Shown: piece after piece, positions 38,565 to 48,408 of the stretch
Numbering within the stretch: position 1 is the first letter of the stretch
How the letters are laid out: the number at the start of each line of letters is the position of its first letter
Source: Ostreococcus lucimarinus
Taxonomy: Eukaryota
Assembly (NCBI GenBank): GCA_000092065.1
Contig: CP000582.1
Reading direction: 5' to 3' (one strand)
Length of the DNA stretch: 64,000 nucleotides
Position numbers and translations under genes: made by a program
The notes under the pieces: generated by a model
The model's database searches: none
Seen by the model: the letters and a program-made list of their open reading frames with translations, nothing else
Told to the model about the DNA's origin: nothing

Positions 38565-40718
38565 ATGCGCGCCGCGACGCGCGCCGCGACGCGCGGTGAC
38601 GCGACGCGATGCGCGACGCGACGCGCGCGCGATGTCGCGCGTCGACGGCGCGCGACGGCGCGACGCGCGCTCGAGACGGGACGCGAGGAGACGCGCGCGG
38701 CGGATTCGAAGCGCGCGCGCGACGCGCTGTTCGCGGCGAACGACGGCGCGCGCGACGGCGACGACGGCGACGATCGCGTCGCGACGCGCGATGACGTCGT
38801 CGGCGGGGTGGCGATGGTGTCGTTCGCGACGCGCGCGCGACGGACGTTCGAGGTGGAGTACGGCGCGCGGCGAGGGACGACGGAGAACGCGTACGCGACG
38901 CGAGGCGAAAAGGATGCGTGCCTGATCGATTGCGTCGACGGGAGACACGCGGAGGGGTACGCGCGCGAGATCGAGGGGCTGGGGGCGTGGGCGCGCGACG
39001 CGGCGTATCACGCGGTGCTGCACGTGAGTCCGCGGCGGTTGGACGCGCTCGCGGCGGCGATCGCGAACAGGAGCGAGGGCGCGGCGTGCGTGGAGGTGCT
39101 GTGCTCGAATCCGGGGGCGCAGTTGATTCAACAGGCGCTGAAACCGAATAGTCCTCTGACGAATGAAGCGCTGTGTGCGGCGTGGAAGGGGACGGATGGG
39201 AAACTGAGGGCGCGGTTGCGCGTCGTGCGCAACGGCGAGCGGTTGGATTTGGGCGGGCGGACTTTGAGATTTACGCTCGCGCCCACGCCGCGTTGGCCGG
39301 ATTTGATCTTCGCGCGCGATGAGAAGTCGCAAACTCTGTTTACATCGAAGTTTTTCTCCGCACACGTCGGCACGATGGAAGGATACGGCGATGAGGGCGG
39401 GTTGGAGACGTTCGGGGAGGATTGGAGGTTTTACTTTGACTGCCTCCTCGCGCCGATGGCGAGGCAAGTGTCGCCTTTGCTCGAGAAGCTTACCGTGAAA
39501 GAAGAGAACGCGTACGACGAACGGATGGGACGACGGATGGAGGAGTGGGAAAAGAGCGGCGCGGTGAAAAAGGTTTTGCTGCGCGCGATGGGCAAGTCCA
39601 TGGCGGGGAAAACGAGCTCGCAAGCGTTCGAGGGCGTCGCGAAGACTATTTGCCCGGCGCACGGCCCGGTCGTCGCGTCCTCGGTCACGGAGCTGTATCG
39701 AGAGTACGTAGAGTGGTGCAAAATGCAAACTTCCGCTGGGGATAACTTGTCCGTGGCCGTCATCTACGCCAGTGCGTACGGGAACACCGGCGCGATGGCG
39801 CAAGCCATCGCGCGAGGCGTCGCCAAGACAGGCGTCGGCGCGGAAATGTTCAACTGCGAGCTCGCGTCACCGATCGAAGTGGAAGAAGTGTTGAAACGTA
39901 GCGCGGGGTTCGCCCTCGGTGCACCGACGCTCGGTGGCACTTTACCGACGCCCGTGCAGACCGCACTCGGGGCGATCGTGAAGGAGGGCGATTTGGAGAA
40001 GCCGTGCGGCTCCTTTGGATCCTTTGGCTGGTCTGGCGAAGCGGTGGCGATGATCGACAAACGCTTGACAGACGCGGGCTTTAAAAGTGCGTTCGAGCCG
40101 TTGCGGTGTAAATTCAAACCTACCGCCGAGACGCTGCAGCTTTGTGAAGAGAGCGGGACGGATCTCGCGCAAGCGGTGCGCAAGATCGAGCGCCGCAAAC
40201 AAGTGCTCGAGCGTAAATCCGTCGGCCAAGCCGCGGACGGCGTCAGTGACACCGCCGCCGCCGTCGGGCGCATCGTCGGCTCGCTATGCGCGGTGACGAC
40301 GAAGAACGAAGACACGCAAAGTGCCATGTTAGCGTCTTGGGTATCTCAAGCGAGCTTCAATCCGCCGGCGCTCACCGTCGCCGTCGCCAAGGAGCGCGCC
40401 GTCGAGAGTTTCCTCATGACCGGCGGCAAGTTCAACCTCAACGTCCTCAAGTCCGGCGGCGAAAAGGACGTCATGAAGGCCCTACTCAAACCGTTCGCTC
40501 CCGGTGAGAACCGTTTCGGCGCGCTCGACGTAGACATCTCCGAAACCAACGGCTGCGCCGTGGTGAAACAGGCCCTCGCGTGCGTCGAGTGCACCGTCAC
40601 GAAGCGAATGGAGGCCGGCGACCACTGGGTCGTCCTCGCCGAAGTCGAGCGCGGGACTCTCTTAGACGCCGAAGGCGTGACGAGCATCCACCACAGAAAG
40701 ACTGGTAGTTCTTATTAA
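38565..40718 (+). CDS. FLVA: Class-C flavodiiron protein, FLVA-like (non-canonical diiron site), with an N-terminal transit peptide.
   Basis: The FDP core starts near VAMVSFATRARRTFEVEYGARRGTTENAYATRGEKDACLIDC. The ligand region reads DCVDGRHAEGYA, deviating from H-x-E-x-D-H. A flavodoxin-like region and a C-terminal flavin reductase domain are present, ending HHRKTGSSY. The start ATG is uncertain: 38565 is preferred, and 38487 would overlap the divergent small-protein exon. The ORF-track start at 37875 is GTG. Confidence 0.8.
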   Translation: MRAATRAATRGDATRCATRRARDVARRRRATARRALETGREETRAADSKRARDALFAANDGARDGDDGDDRVATRDDVVGGVAMVSFATRARRTFEVEYGARRGTTENAYATRGEKDACLIDCVDGRHAEGYAREIEGLGAWARDAAYHAVLHVSPRRLDALAAAIANRSEGAACVEVLCSNPGAQLIQQALKPNSPLTNEALCAAWKGTDGKLRARLRVVRNGERLDLGGRTLRFTLAPTPRWPDLIFARDEKSQTLFTSKFFSAHVGTMEGYGDEGGLETFGEDWRFYFDCLLAPMARQVSPLLEKLTVKEENAYDERMGRRMEEWEKSGAVKKVLLRAMGKSMAGKTSSQAFEGVAKTICPAHGPVVASSVTELYREYVEWCKMQTSAGDNLSVAVIYASAYGNTGAMAQAIARGVAKTGVGAEMFNCELASPIEVEEVLKRSAGFALGAPTLGGTLPTPVQTALGAIVKEGDLEKPCGSFGSFGWSGEAVAMIDKRLTDAGFKSAFEPLRCKFKPTAETLQLCEESGTDLAQAVRKIERRKQVLERKSVGQAADGVSDTAAAVGRIVGSLCAVTTKNEDTQSAMLASWVSQASFNPPALTVAVAKERAVESFLMTGGKFNLNVLKSGGEKDVMKALLKPFAPGENRFGALDVDISETNGCAVVKQALACVECTVTKRMEAGDHWVVLAEVERGTLLDAEGVTSIHHRKTGSSY

Positions 40719-40958
40719 TCACATTTTTTCCGCCGCGTCTCCCCGCGCCGCGCCCAGGGGACCGAACGGGAGCGCAACACCCCGCGCGTAAAAAAACCAT
40801 CATCGGCATAACGCGCCTCGTGCGCGCGCGCGCGACGTGATTCGCCGGCCGGACGCGCGCACGCGAGAAAGAAATCCTCGACGCGCGTTCCGAAGCGCTC
40901 AGAGCGCGACTCGGACGCGCGCGCGCGCGACGCGGCGACGAAATAACGCACAGAAACC

Positions 40959-42743
40959 ATGGGCTTCAAAGAGCTCCTCAAAGACTCCGTCACGGAGGTC
41001 TTCACCTACCGCACCACGAAGCTCGTGAAGACGAACGATAAGTTCTTAGTGACGCTGCACTTCATATTCATGAGCCTGATCGCGACGTTCGCGCTGGTGT
41101 CGATCTTATTGAGTCATAACTACATGCTTTTCGAGCTTCCGGCGCTGTACGTGACGACGACGTATCAGAAATTCGGACCGGATCCGGTGACGAGCAACGT
41201 GGTGCTGGCGCGTGAAATCGCGCAGAATGCGACTGTGGATTATTGTAACACAGGGTACGTGAATTGGCGTCGAGGGGGGAAGGTGTTTGACGACGCTTAC
41301 ATGACGGCGCTCGAATGTACGGCGCAGCACGCGCCGGCTGAGTACGTGTGGCCGTTCGATGCGGGGAATGGGATGACCATCGGCACGTTTGCAGAAGTAC
41401 ACTCCGTGACGAGATCGTGTACATCACCGGGCGCGTCGACGTACGGGGCGGCAGGGTGTACGGAGACTCAGACGTCGCCGCAAGCGTACATGGTGGTCGG
41501 CGTAGACTTGCTGAGCATGCAGTTAGATATTCGGTACCAAACAGCCACTGGAACTCTTAACGAGGCGGAAGTCGTTGACGTAAATGGAGTAGAGTATATC
41601 ACCTCGATAACCAAGCCGACGGTCACGTTTCCGCAGTTGTTAGCCATGGCGGGGATCAACTCGCTCGACGAAACAAATCCCTCAATCGTCGGCGACCGAG
41701 GCTCCGTGACAGGGCTGCCCTATCGCATGTCGGGCCTGCGCCTGAACGTGAAGGTGTCGTTTACAAACACTTATTTTAGTAAACCGTTGAAGACGACGGT
41801 CACGGCGACTTTGTCTGCGGAACAAGTGAAGACGAATAACTTCAACGCGAAGACGACGGTGACGTATTTGCCTCACCCAACAGATGCCGGGATACATTCC
41901 ATATCGCGGTACTTCCACACGTGGGCCACGTCAACCGTCACGTTTGTGTCGTCCGGGCATATCGGCAAGTTCGACTTGTTCGCCTTGGCTCTCGCCATCA
42001 CGAACGCTTTCGTGCTAATTGGCATGGCGACGACCATCGTAGATTTTGTTGGCGTCATGTCTTCTGAAACGTTTTTAGACGACAAGTACGAAGACGACGG
42101 CGAACGTTTCGGTTTAGAAATGATGCTAGCGAACATCGAGAACGATGATCACCCGGGAGTGCCGTTCGATCCCAACGACTTGCGCTTGAAGGACGCTGCC
42201 GGCGACCCTGGCCTGAGCTACGAAAAGACACTCGAGCAGTTACTCGACGAGGTGCGGGAAATCCAAGAACAGCTCAGTCTGCTGCCGGAAGATGAAAATG
42301 AGCTTCGCGCTATCACTACTGGCCATGCTGAGGAAGAAGAGTATAGAAAGCTGCGCTTGATTTACGTCCCTGACCCGCTCTCAACTGAGGCAAACGACAA
42401 GTCCTACGTTCCTCCAGAGATTTTATTGCACGACGGTCAGCAAACGATCGGTCGTGGCATGGGGGGTATTGAAAACAAGGGCGTGAGTAGACAGCAGTTC
42501 TCAATCGCGGTCATCAAGGAAAGGATCCGCATGAAGTCTCTGCACGAAGGACCTGGGGTGTGGCGCCAGAGCTCAGGTCGTTGGGAGATGCTCCCAGTCG
42601 GCAAGGCCGCTGTCTTGAGTGTTGGCGATCGTTTGTGCTTTAGAATGCGAGAGGGTAAATTGGGGGGGCACGAAGGCGTGTTCACGCTCGATTTCCAAGA
42701 CACGCGCATGGAGTGCACGGTGTTTGGAATCCCGTTGCGTTGA
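40959..42743 (+). CDS. P2X-receptor-like ligand-gated channel (two TM helices, divergent ectodomain) with a C-terminal extension containing an FHA-like domain.
   Basis: The N-terminus VFTYRTTKLVKTNDKFLVTLHFIFMSLIATFALVSILLSHNYMLFE resembles the P2X pre-TM1/TM1 region ([36 protein letters not shown]). GHIGKFDLFALALAITNAFVLIGMATTIVDFV resembles P2X TM2 ([28 protein letters not shown]). The C-terminal QTIGRGMGGIENKGVSRQQFSIAV...LSVGDRLCF is FHA-like. Confidence 0.65.
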   Translation: MGFKELLKDSVTEVFTYRTTKLVKTNDKFLVTLHFIFMSLIATFALVSILLSHNYMLFELPALYVTTTYQKFGPDPVTSNVVLAREIAQNATVDYCNTGYVNWRRGGKVFDDAYMTALECTAQHAPAEYVWPFDAGNGMTIGTFAEVHSVTRSCTSPGASTYGAAGCTETQTSPQAYMVVGVDLLSMQLDIRYQTATGTLNEAEVVDVNGVEYITSITKPTVTFPQLLAMAGINSLDETNPSIVGDRGSVTGLPYRMSGLRLNVKVSFTNTYFSKPLKTTVTATLSAEQVKTNNFNAKTTVTYLPHPTDAGIHSISRYFHTWATSTVTFVSSGHIGKFDLFALALAITNAFVLIGMATTIVDFVGVMSSETFLDDKYEDDGERFGLEMMLANIENDDHPGVPFDPNDLRLKDAAGDPGLSYEKTLEQLLDEVREIQEQLSLLPEDENELRAITTGHAEEEEYRKLRLIYVPDPLSTEANDKSYVPPEILLHDGQQTIGRGMGGIENKGVSRQQFSIAVIKERIRMKSLHEGPGVWRQSSGRWEMLPVGKAAVLSVGDRLCFRMREGKLGGHEGVFTLDFQDTRMECTVFGIPLR

Positions 42744-42830
42744 GGAATAGAATAATTAAGTTGTAAATTGTCCAGTTATCCTAAGAAGACGAGTTTTACT
42801 CGCGCGCGAAACGCTCAAACTCGTGCGCAC

Positions 42831-42853
42831 CGCATCGCATCGCATCGCATCGC
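42831..42853. repeat. (GCATC)n microsatellite.
   Basis: The sequence cgcatcgcatcgcatcgcatcgc is seen directly. Confidence 0.8.
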
Positions 42854-43172
42854 TATCGCGGCTTGACTGATACTGTACAACTAATCATTTGATATACAAA
42901 TTCGAACAATCCCGTGTGGTACGTACGGGCTAAAAAATCTCTGTTTCCGAGCGCGCCGCCTTAAAGGCTATGCAAAACGTGTCGCGCAAGACGGTTCGAA
43001 CGACCGTTAACGGCCAGGTACCAAGTTGATGTGTTGCAAGTTGGAACGTGAATAGATGTGCGGTTGATGTGAGGATATTCTTGAAGACGTACGATACGCC
43101 GCGCGAAGACGCGCGACGAGCGACAAATCGTCGCTCGACGCGTTTCCATCGCGAGGAGGACTACGTCTTACA

Positions 43173-43436
43173 TTAGTCCTCCATGTCCATCTCCATCCTT
43201 TTTCGTTCCTTCTTGCTCATCTTGACCTGTCCGCCGGTGCGTTCGAACTCTTCTCTTTCGAGGCGAGCGGCGACCTTGGCCTCCTTCGCCGCTCTGCGTT
43301 CCGCCTTCGCGCGCTGCTTCGCGCGTTCGTGTTCGCCCATGATCTCGAGCGCGCTCTTCTGGCGACTGGCCTCGTTCAACTTTTTCGTCTGGGCTTCGCC
43401 CAAGATACCCTTACCGAACGATTTAATCGTCCCGTT
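43173..43436 (-). CDS. Small KE-rich coiled-coil protein, exon 2 (NGTIKSFGKGILGEAQTKKLNEASRQKSALEIMGEHERAKQRAKAERRAAKEAKVAARLEREEFERTGGQVKMSKKERKRMEMDMED, then stop).
   Basis: The exon joins in frame to exon 1 for a 129-aa product. The ORF-track start inside it is TTG. Function unknown; an ATPase inhibitor IF1-like protein is one low-confidence possibility. Confidence 0.5.
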   Translation of the reverse strand, partial: NGTIKSFGKGILGEAQTKKLNEASRQKSALEIMGEHERAKQRAKAERRAAKEAKVAARLEREEFERTGGQVKMSKKERKRMEMDMED

Positions 43437-43608
43437 CTGTTCGGCGCGAATCGAGAATCATCCGAGGTCAGTCTCGCCACGTCAGCATCCGCGTCAGCAT
43501 CCGCGAATCGCCGACCCGCGCCATCGATCCCGCGCCCGCGCGCGCGCGCCCCCCCGCCCCTCCGTCCCGCGAACGATTCACAAAAAACCCACGCCGCTCA
43601 AAACGTAC

Positions 43609-43734
43609 CGCGATGTGCTGCTGCACCTCGTACGCGTTCACCTGCTGCGACCGGTTCATGTACGCGAACACCGCCATTTGTTCATCCGCGGTGAGCCCGT
43701 GTTGATCGAGCGAGGTTTGCACGTTGACCGACAT
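43609..43734 (-). CDS. Small KE-rich coiled-coil protein, exon 1 (MSVNVQTSLDQHGLTADEQMAVFAYMNRSQQVNAYEVQQHIA).
   Basis: The donor GCG|GTACGT lies at 43608. The 171-nt intron carries three CTGAC copies, including GAGACTGACC, and ends with the acceptor CCGAACAG. Confidence 0.55.
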
Positions 43735-44108
43735 TTGACCGTCGAGGTTGGTTGTGTGTGAGCGAGTGTCGTGTAACGCTTAAATTTCAAGCGTCGCCGT
43801 GTCGTCGCGCGGGGCGTCGACGGGTCGTTCTGAGTTCAGTAATGCCGTCGCCGCGCGCGCGCGCGCGACCCGCGTCGAGGTGCCGAGGCGGCCCGGGGTG
43901 GCGATCGCGTTTTTATTGGTCGTCGTGCTTCCATCTAGGCGAATGGGTCGCTCGAATACGGATCGAGCGGCCTCGGACGAGACGACGGGTCCCGACTCGA
44001 CGCGATCGGGGGTCGGGGGTCGAAACGATCCGTGTGTCGCGTGCGTCTCGCACCGCGCGCGTCCGCATCGTTCGCGTCGTCCGTCGCCGCGGCGACGCGC
44101 GCCGCTCG

Positions 44109-47100
44109 ATGGCGCGCGACGCCGCGCTCGGCGTCGCCGCGGACGACGTCGACGCCGTCCGTCGTCGCGTGCTCGCGCGCGCGGCGCGCGCGGCGCGCGA
44201 GGACGACGCGAACGATGCGGACGTCGACGCGGACGTCGACGACGCGCGGCGCCTGCGCGCGAGGCTCGAGCGCGACGCCGAGGCGACGCGGGCGGAGTAC
44301 GAGGCGGTCGAGCGCGCGCTGGAGGAGTGCGACGAAGCGCGGGACGCGCTGCGCGCGGCGGTGGGGAAGAAACGGTTGGAGGGACTGCGAGGGAAGATGG
44401 AGGCGCAGGCGGCGGCGGCGCGCGCGGCGGAACGCGCGGCGCGGGCGATCGAGGACGACGGAGGGACGGCGGAGGGAGAGGGAGGCGCGAGAGGAAGGGT
44501 CGCGTCGACGACGGCGACGACGCGCGGGACGGAGGGAGACGGGCGCGCGACGAACGGGCGGGCGAGGACATCGGCGGCGCGGCCGAAGCCGGACGACGAC
44601 TTTTTCGACGAGCTCTTCGACGAGCCCGCGGCGGCGAAAGCCGCGGCGACGGAGACGGAGCGCGAGCGGTTGATCAGGATTGGAGTTTTGACGCCGTTCG
44701 ATAGGCTCGATGGATTCGAACGCGTGGTGAAGGAGAAGGAGACGGCGACTAAAGCCGCCGCGGCGACCAAGGCGTGGCGAGATTCGAGGAGTCGAGCGAA
44801 GACGTTGACCGTGGAGGAAACTCCGCGGTTAGAGCCGAACGCGCGGCCGTTTGCGAGCCGCGCGATGAGAAACGCGACGAGCGCGGCGACGAAGCAGAAG
44901 ATGGCAGCGAAGCGTGCAGAGTGGCGGGCAAAGATGCGCGAGAACGACGAAGACGCGACGGGCGTCGCAAAGCGCTCGCGGCGTAACGGATTTCACGACA
45001 GCGACGAGGACCGAGCGGCGGAAGATGACGAAGACGAAGACGAAGACGAAGATGAAGAACCATTAGAGGACGTCGAGTTTGCGGGCGGATTATCGATCCC
45101 GGGCGATACGTACGAAAGGTTGTTACCACACCAAAAGACGTGCCTGAAGTGGTTGTGGGAATTGCACTGCCAACGCGCCGGAGGCATCATTGGAGACGAG
45201 ATGGGACTCGGTAAGACGGTACAAGTGGCGTCGTTTTTAGCCGCTTTACATCATTCGCGCATGTACTCGCCCTCGATCATCGTTTGCCCGGCGACGATGT
45301 TGCGGCAGTGGCGTCGAGAGCTTCGAATCTGGGCGCCTAAATTGAAGACGACAATTTTGCACGATTCAGCCATCTCCAGCGAGGCGGGCGGGAAGAAACG
45401 CGCGCGAGAGCGATTGTTTAACGAGTGCATTTCCGACGGTGACGGAGTTTTACTCACTACATACGAGCACATGCGAATGTTTCGCGATCGAATTTGCGCC
45501 GTGCGCTGGGGATACGCCGTCTTGGACGAAGGACACAAAATTCGCAATCCAGACGCCGACGTGACCATCGTCGCCAAGCAGCTTCAAACCGTCCATCGCA
45601 TCATCATGAGCGGTGCGCCGATTCAAAACCGCCTGTCAGAACTTTGGTCATTGTTTGACTTCGTGTTCCCTGGAAAGCTGGGCACGCTTCCCGTGTTTCA
45701 AGCGCAATTCTCGGTACCGATTCAAATCGGCGGTTACACGAACGCGAGTAATCAGCAAGTCACGACGGCGTATCGCTGCGCGGTGACTCTAAAAGATCTT
45801 ATCGCGCCGTATCTACTTCGACGCATGAAATGTGACGTAGACGTAAAGTTACCGGACAAAACTGAGCAAGTTTTGTTCTGTCCGATGACTTGCGAGCAAC
45901 GAGAAGCGTACCGAGCGTACTTGGCCAGTCGCGAGGTGGAGGAAATATTAGATGGCTCGCGCGAAGCCTTGGGGGGCATCGATGTCTTGCGCAAAATCGT
46001 CAATCATCCAGACTTGCTCGAGCGTCGAACGCAAGCCGCGAACGAAGGCTACGGCGACTCTGTGCGCAGTGGTAAGCTTCAGGTGACGCTCAAGGTGCTT
46101 TCACTTTGGCGCGAGCAAGGTCACCGATGCCTCGTGTTCAGCCAGACGCAGCAGATGCTCGATATCTTGGAGAGCGCAGTGGCGTCTGCTGGGTACAATT
46201 ACCGCCGAATGGATGGAAACACGTCTATCGCTTCGCGCATGTCTCTCATCGATGACTTCAACGACGACGACAGAGGCGTGTTTGTGTTTTTGCTCACCAC
46301 CAAAGTCGGCGGTTTGGGCGTAAATCTCACCGGGGCGAATCGCGTGTTGTTGTACGATCCCGACTGGAACCCTTCTACGGATGCGCAAGCGCGCGAACGC
46401 GCGTGGCGTATTGGTCAGAAGAAAGAAGTCACGATTTATAGACTCATCACCGCGGGGACGATCGAAGAAAAGGTGTATCACAGGCAAATTTACAAGGAAT
46501 TTTTGACGAGTAAAGTGCTCAAAGATCCCAAGCAGCGACGCTTTTTCAAAGCGCGCGACATGGCTGATCTATTCACCTTTGACGAAGTCGCCGCCGGAGG
46601 CGGAGACGCGCACGATAAGGCGACGATTGAAACCGTGGAGCTGTTCTCCGAAGTCGAGGGTCAGATCTTACGCGGCGACGTCGAGGACGAAGACGAAACG
46701 AAGGCAACGTCCGAGGATGGCGAAATAGAGCGCGACGCGTGGGACCCAGACGACAACGAGGCACCGCCACCGAAATCTAGAACGCGTCCTACTCGACAAA
46801 GTAACCGAGTTCGTGTGGAAACCGCGCGCGAGACCGCGTCAACAGCGAGCGGTGACGGCGGCGCTGGCGATTCGCAAATTTTGCGCGGTTTGTTCGATTC
46901 GGGAAACATTCAAGTCGCGATGAATCACGACAAGATCATGAACGCCGCAGGTGTCGACCGTATGTCACATAATGCTGAGGCGGATCGCGTCGCGCGTCGC
47001 GCGGCCGAGGCGCTTCGCTTGTCTACGCAAACAGCTCGCGCGGGTTTGGCCGTTCATGTACCGACGTGGACGGGCAATCGCGGCGCCGTTGGTGGCGCGC

Positions 47101-47522
47101 GGACTGGGGTGTCCGCCAACACCACAGCACGCCCGCTCGGACGTTTCGGTCGCACGAGCACGGCACCCTGCGCGTTAGCTACGGACGCTCCCGCCGTGGG
47201 CTCTCGCGCACTCCTTGACCGTATAGCCGCTCGACGAGAAGAAACAGCTCGAGCAGTCGAAGCCGATTTGGACAGTGCAGAGCTCGACGAAACTCAAGCT
47301 AACGAGCTCATGCGCGACATTATCTTACTTCTCAAATCTCGAGGCGGACGAGCACCGACAAACTTCGTCATAGACGCCTTCCAGGACCGCATCCAGAGTC
47401 ACCAGCACGCGCTGTTTCGCAAACTCTTGAAGCTCGCCGCCGACTTGGAGCGCAACACCGCGAGCTCTCGCCAAGGCGCCGCCAGCGCGTGGGTGCTCAA
47501 ATCAGAGTTCATGAGCTTGTAA
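44109..47522 (+). CDS. ERCC6: SNF2-family DNA-dependent ATPase ERCC6/CSB/Rad26-type (transcription-coupled repair).
   Basis: Contains LLPHQKTCLKWLWELHCQRAGGIIGDEMGLGKTVQ, DEGHKIRNPDADV, SGAPIQNRLSELWSLFDFVFPGKLG and the helicase-C motifs, with an acidic stretch before the ATPase. The ATG at 44109 is chosen; the upstream part of the ORF-track frame is low-complexity. Confidence 0.9.
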   Translation: MARDAALGVAADDVDAVRRRVLARAARAAREDDANDADVDADVDDARRLRARLERDAEATRAEYEAVERALEECDEARDALRAAVGKKRLEGLRGKMEAQAAAARAAERAARAIEDDGGTAEGEGGARGRVASTTATTRGTEGDGRATNGRARTSAARPKPDDDFFDELFDEPAAAKAAATETERERLIRIGVLTPFDRLDGFERVVKEKETATKAAAATKAWRDSRSRAKTLTVEETPRLEPNARPFASRAMRNATSAATKQKMAAKRAEWRAKMRENDEDATGVAKRSRRNGFHDSDEDRAAEDDEDEDEDEDEEPLEDVEFAGGLSIPGDTYERLLPHQKTCLKWLWELHCQRAGGIIGDEMGLGKTVQVASFLAALHHSRMYSPSIIVCPATMLRQWRRELRIWAPKLKTTILHDSAISSEAGGKKRARERLFNECISDGDGVLLTTYEHMRMFRDRICAVRWGYAVLDEGHKIRNPDADVTIVAKQLQTVHRIIMSGAPIQNRLSELWSLFDFVFPGKLGTLPVFQAQFSVPIQIGGYTNASNQQVTTAYRCAVTLKDLIAPYLLRRMKCDVDVKLPDKTEQVLFCPMTCEQREAYRAYLASREVEEILDGSREALGGIDVLRKIVNHPDLLERRTQAANEGYGDSVRSGKLQVTLKVLSLWREQGHRCLVFSQTQQMLDILESAVASAGYNYRRMDGNTSIASRMSLIDDFNDDDRGVFVFLLTTKVGGLGVNLTGANRVLLYDPDWNPSTDAQARERAWRIGQKKEVTIYRLITAGTIEEKVYHRQIYKEFLTSKVLKDPKQRRFFKARDMADLFTFDEVAAGGGDAHDKATIETVELFSEVEGQILRGDVEDEDETKATSEDGEIERDAWDPDDNEAPPPKSRTRPTRQSNRVRVETARETASTASGDGGAGDSQILRGLFDSGNIQVAMNHDKIMNAAGVDRMSHNAEADRVARRAAEALRLSTQTARAGLAVHVPTWTGNRGAVGGARTGVSANTTARPLGRFGRTSTAPCALATDAPAVGSRALLDRIAARREETARAVEADLDSAELDETQANELMRDIILLLKSRGGRAPTNFVIDAFQDRIQSHQHALFRKLLKLAADLERNTASSRQGAASAWVLKSEFMSL

Positions 47523-47670
47523 ATTAGCCATTAGTTAGCAGCACCCGTAGCCATTATAGATGACAATTGTCATAGAAACGTAGCAAACGCGACCGTCGAC
47601 GCCGTCGAGCCGCACTCGTCGTCGCGCCGTCGACCGCACGGCGTCGACACCGCGCCAATCTCGCGACAGG

Positions 47671-48279
47671 ATGACGTCTTTTGCGATAATGTCGCTTCCG
47701 ACGCCCACGACGGGTGCCGCACTTCGTCTTTTCGCCGCGTTCCTCGCGCACTTTCACCTGAGTGAGTTCGCATTCGCCCTGCGCTTCAACCCCCAAGACG
47801 TCAGCACGCGCTCGTTCCTGCTTTCCAGGCCCTACGCCGCGGCGATGACGTGTGGAGTGATTGAATTCGCCGCGTCGAGCGCGCTGATGCCCGAGCGTAA
47901 GGCGTCACTGGTTCGTGGGACGTTTTACCTCGGCGCGTTCATGTGCGTCTTCGGCGAATGGCTGCGCAAGTCAGCGATGTGCACCGCAGGGGCGGCGTTC
48001 ACGCACTTGATTCAGACGCGACGACGGGCGACGCACGTGCTGGTGACCGAGGGGGCGTACGCGTACGCGCGGCATCCGGGCTACCTCGGATGGTTCATAT
48101 GGGCGCTCGGGACGCAGTTGGTCCTCGGAAACGTGGCGAGCGTGGCGGCGTTTGCCGTCGTGACGTGGGTGTATTTTAAACGTAGGATCACATACGAGGA
48201 GCGGCATTTAAGGAATATGTTTTCAGAGTACGATGCGTACGCCAAACGCGTGCGAACATGGATACCGGGGATTAAGTGA
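47671..48279 (+). CDS. ICMT: Protein-S-isoprenylcysteine O-methyltransferase (ICMT/Ste14).
   Basis: Multi-TM protein with THVLVTEGAYAYARHPGYLGWF and EERHLRNMFSEYDAYAKRVRTWIPGI, the ICMT C-terminal signature motifs. Confidence 0.85.
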   Translation: MTSFAIMSLPTPTTGAALRLFAAFLAHFHLSEFAFALRFNPQDVSTRSFLLSRPYAAAMTCGVIEFAASSALMPERKASLVRGTFYLGAFMCVFGEWLRKSAMCTAGAAFTHLIQTRRRATHVLVTEGAYAYARHPGYLGWFIWALGTQLVLGNVASVAAFAVVTWVYFKRRITYEERHLRNMFSEYDAYAKRVRTWIPGIK

Positions 48280-48408
48280 GTGGTCCGCCGCCGTCACGAA
48301 TCGCGCAAACGCGAATGCGAATTGATAGCTCACAATGCAATAGAAATTAGCGCTAGGATACAACTGATACAACGTTTCGCGCTCTAGAGCGCGCTCACTT
48401 CTCGTGCG

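Noticed and set aside
37743-39803. 686-aa minus-strand ORF and several others (38140..38550 -, 38158..38538 +) across the FLVA 5' region.
   Set aside because: They are arginine-rich read-through of GC-rich sequence. One frame even translates the (CGAAC)n microsatellite. The region is better explained by the FLVA N-terminus and a small spliced gene.
44700-44720. tRNA B-box-like GGATTCGAACG (reverse strand).
   Set aside because: It lies inside the ERCC6 coding sequence, has no A-box at the right spacing, and has an imperfect consensus.
43780-44771. Minus-strand 263-aa and 285-aa ORFs overlapping the start of the ERCC6 ORF.
   Set aside because: Pro/Arg/Ala low-complexity, antisense to the 5' part of the ERCC6 ORF-track frame. 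No splice signals or homology.
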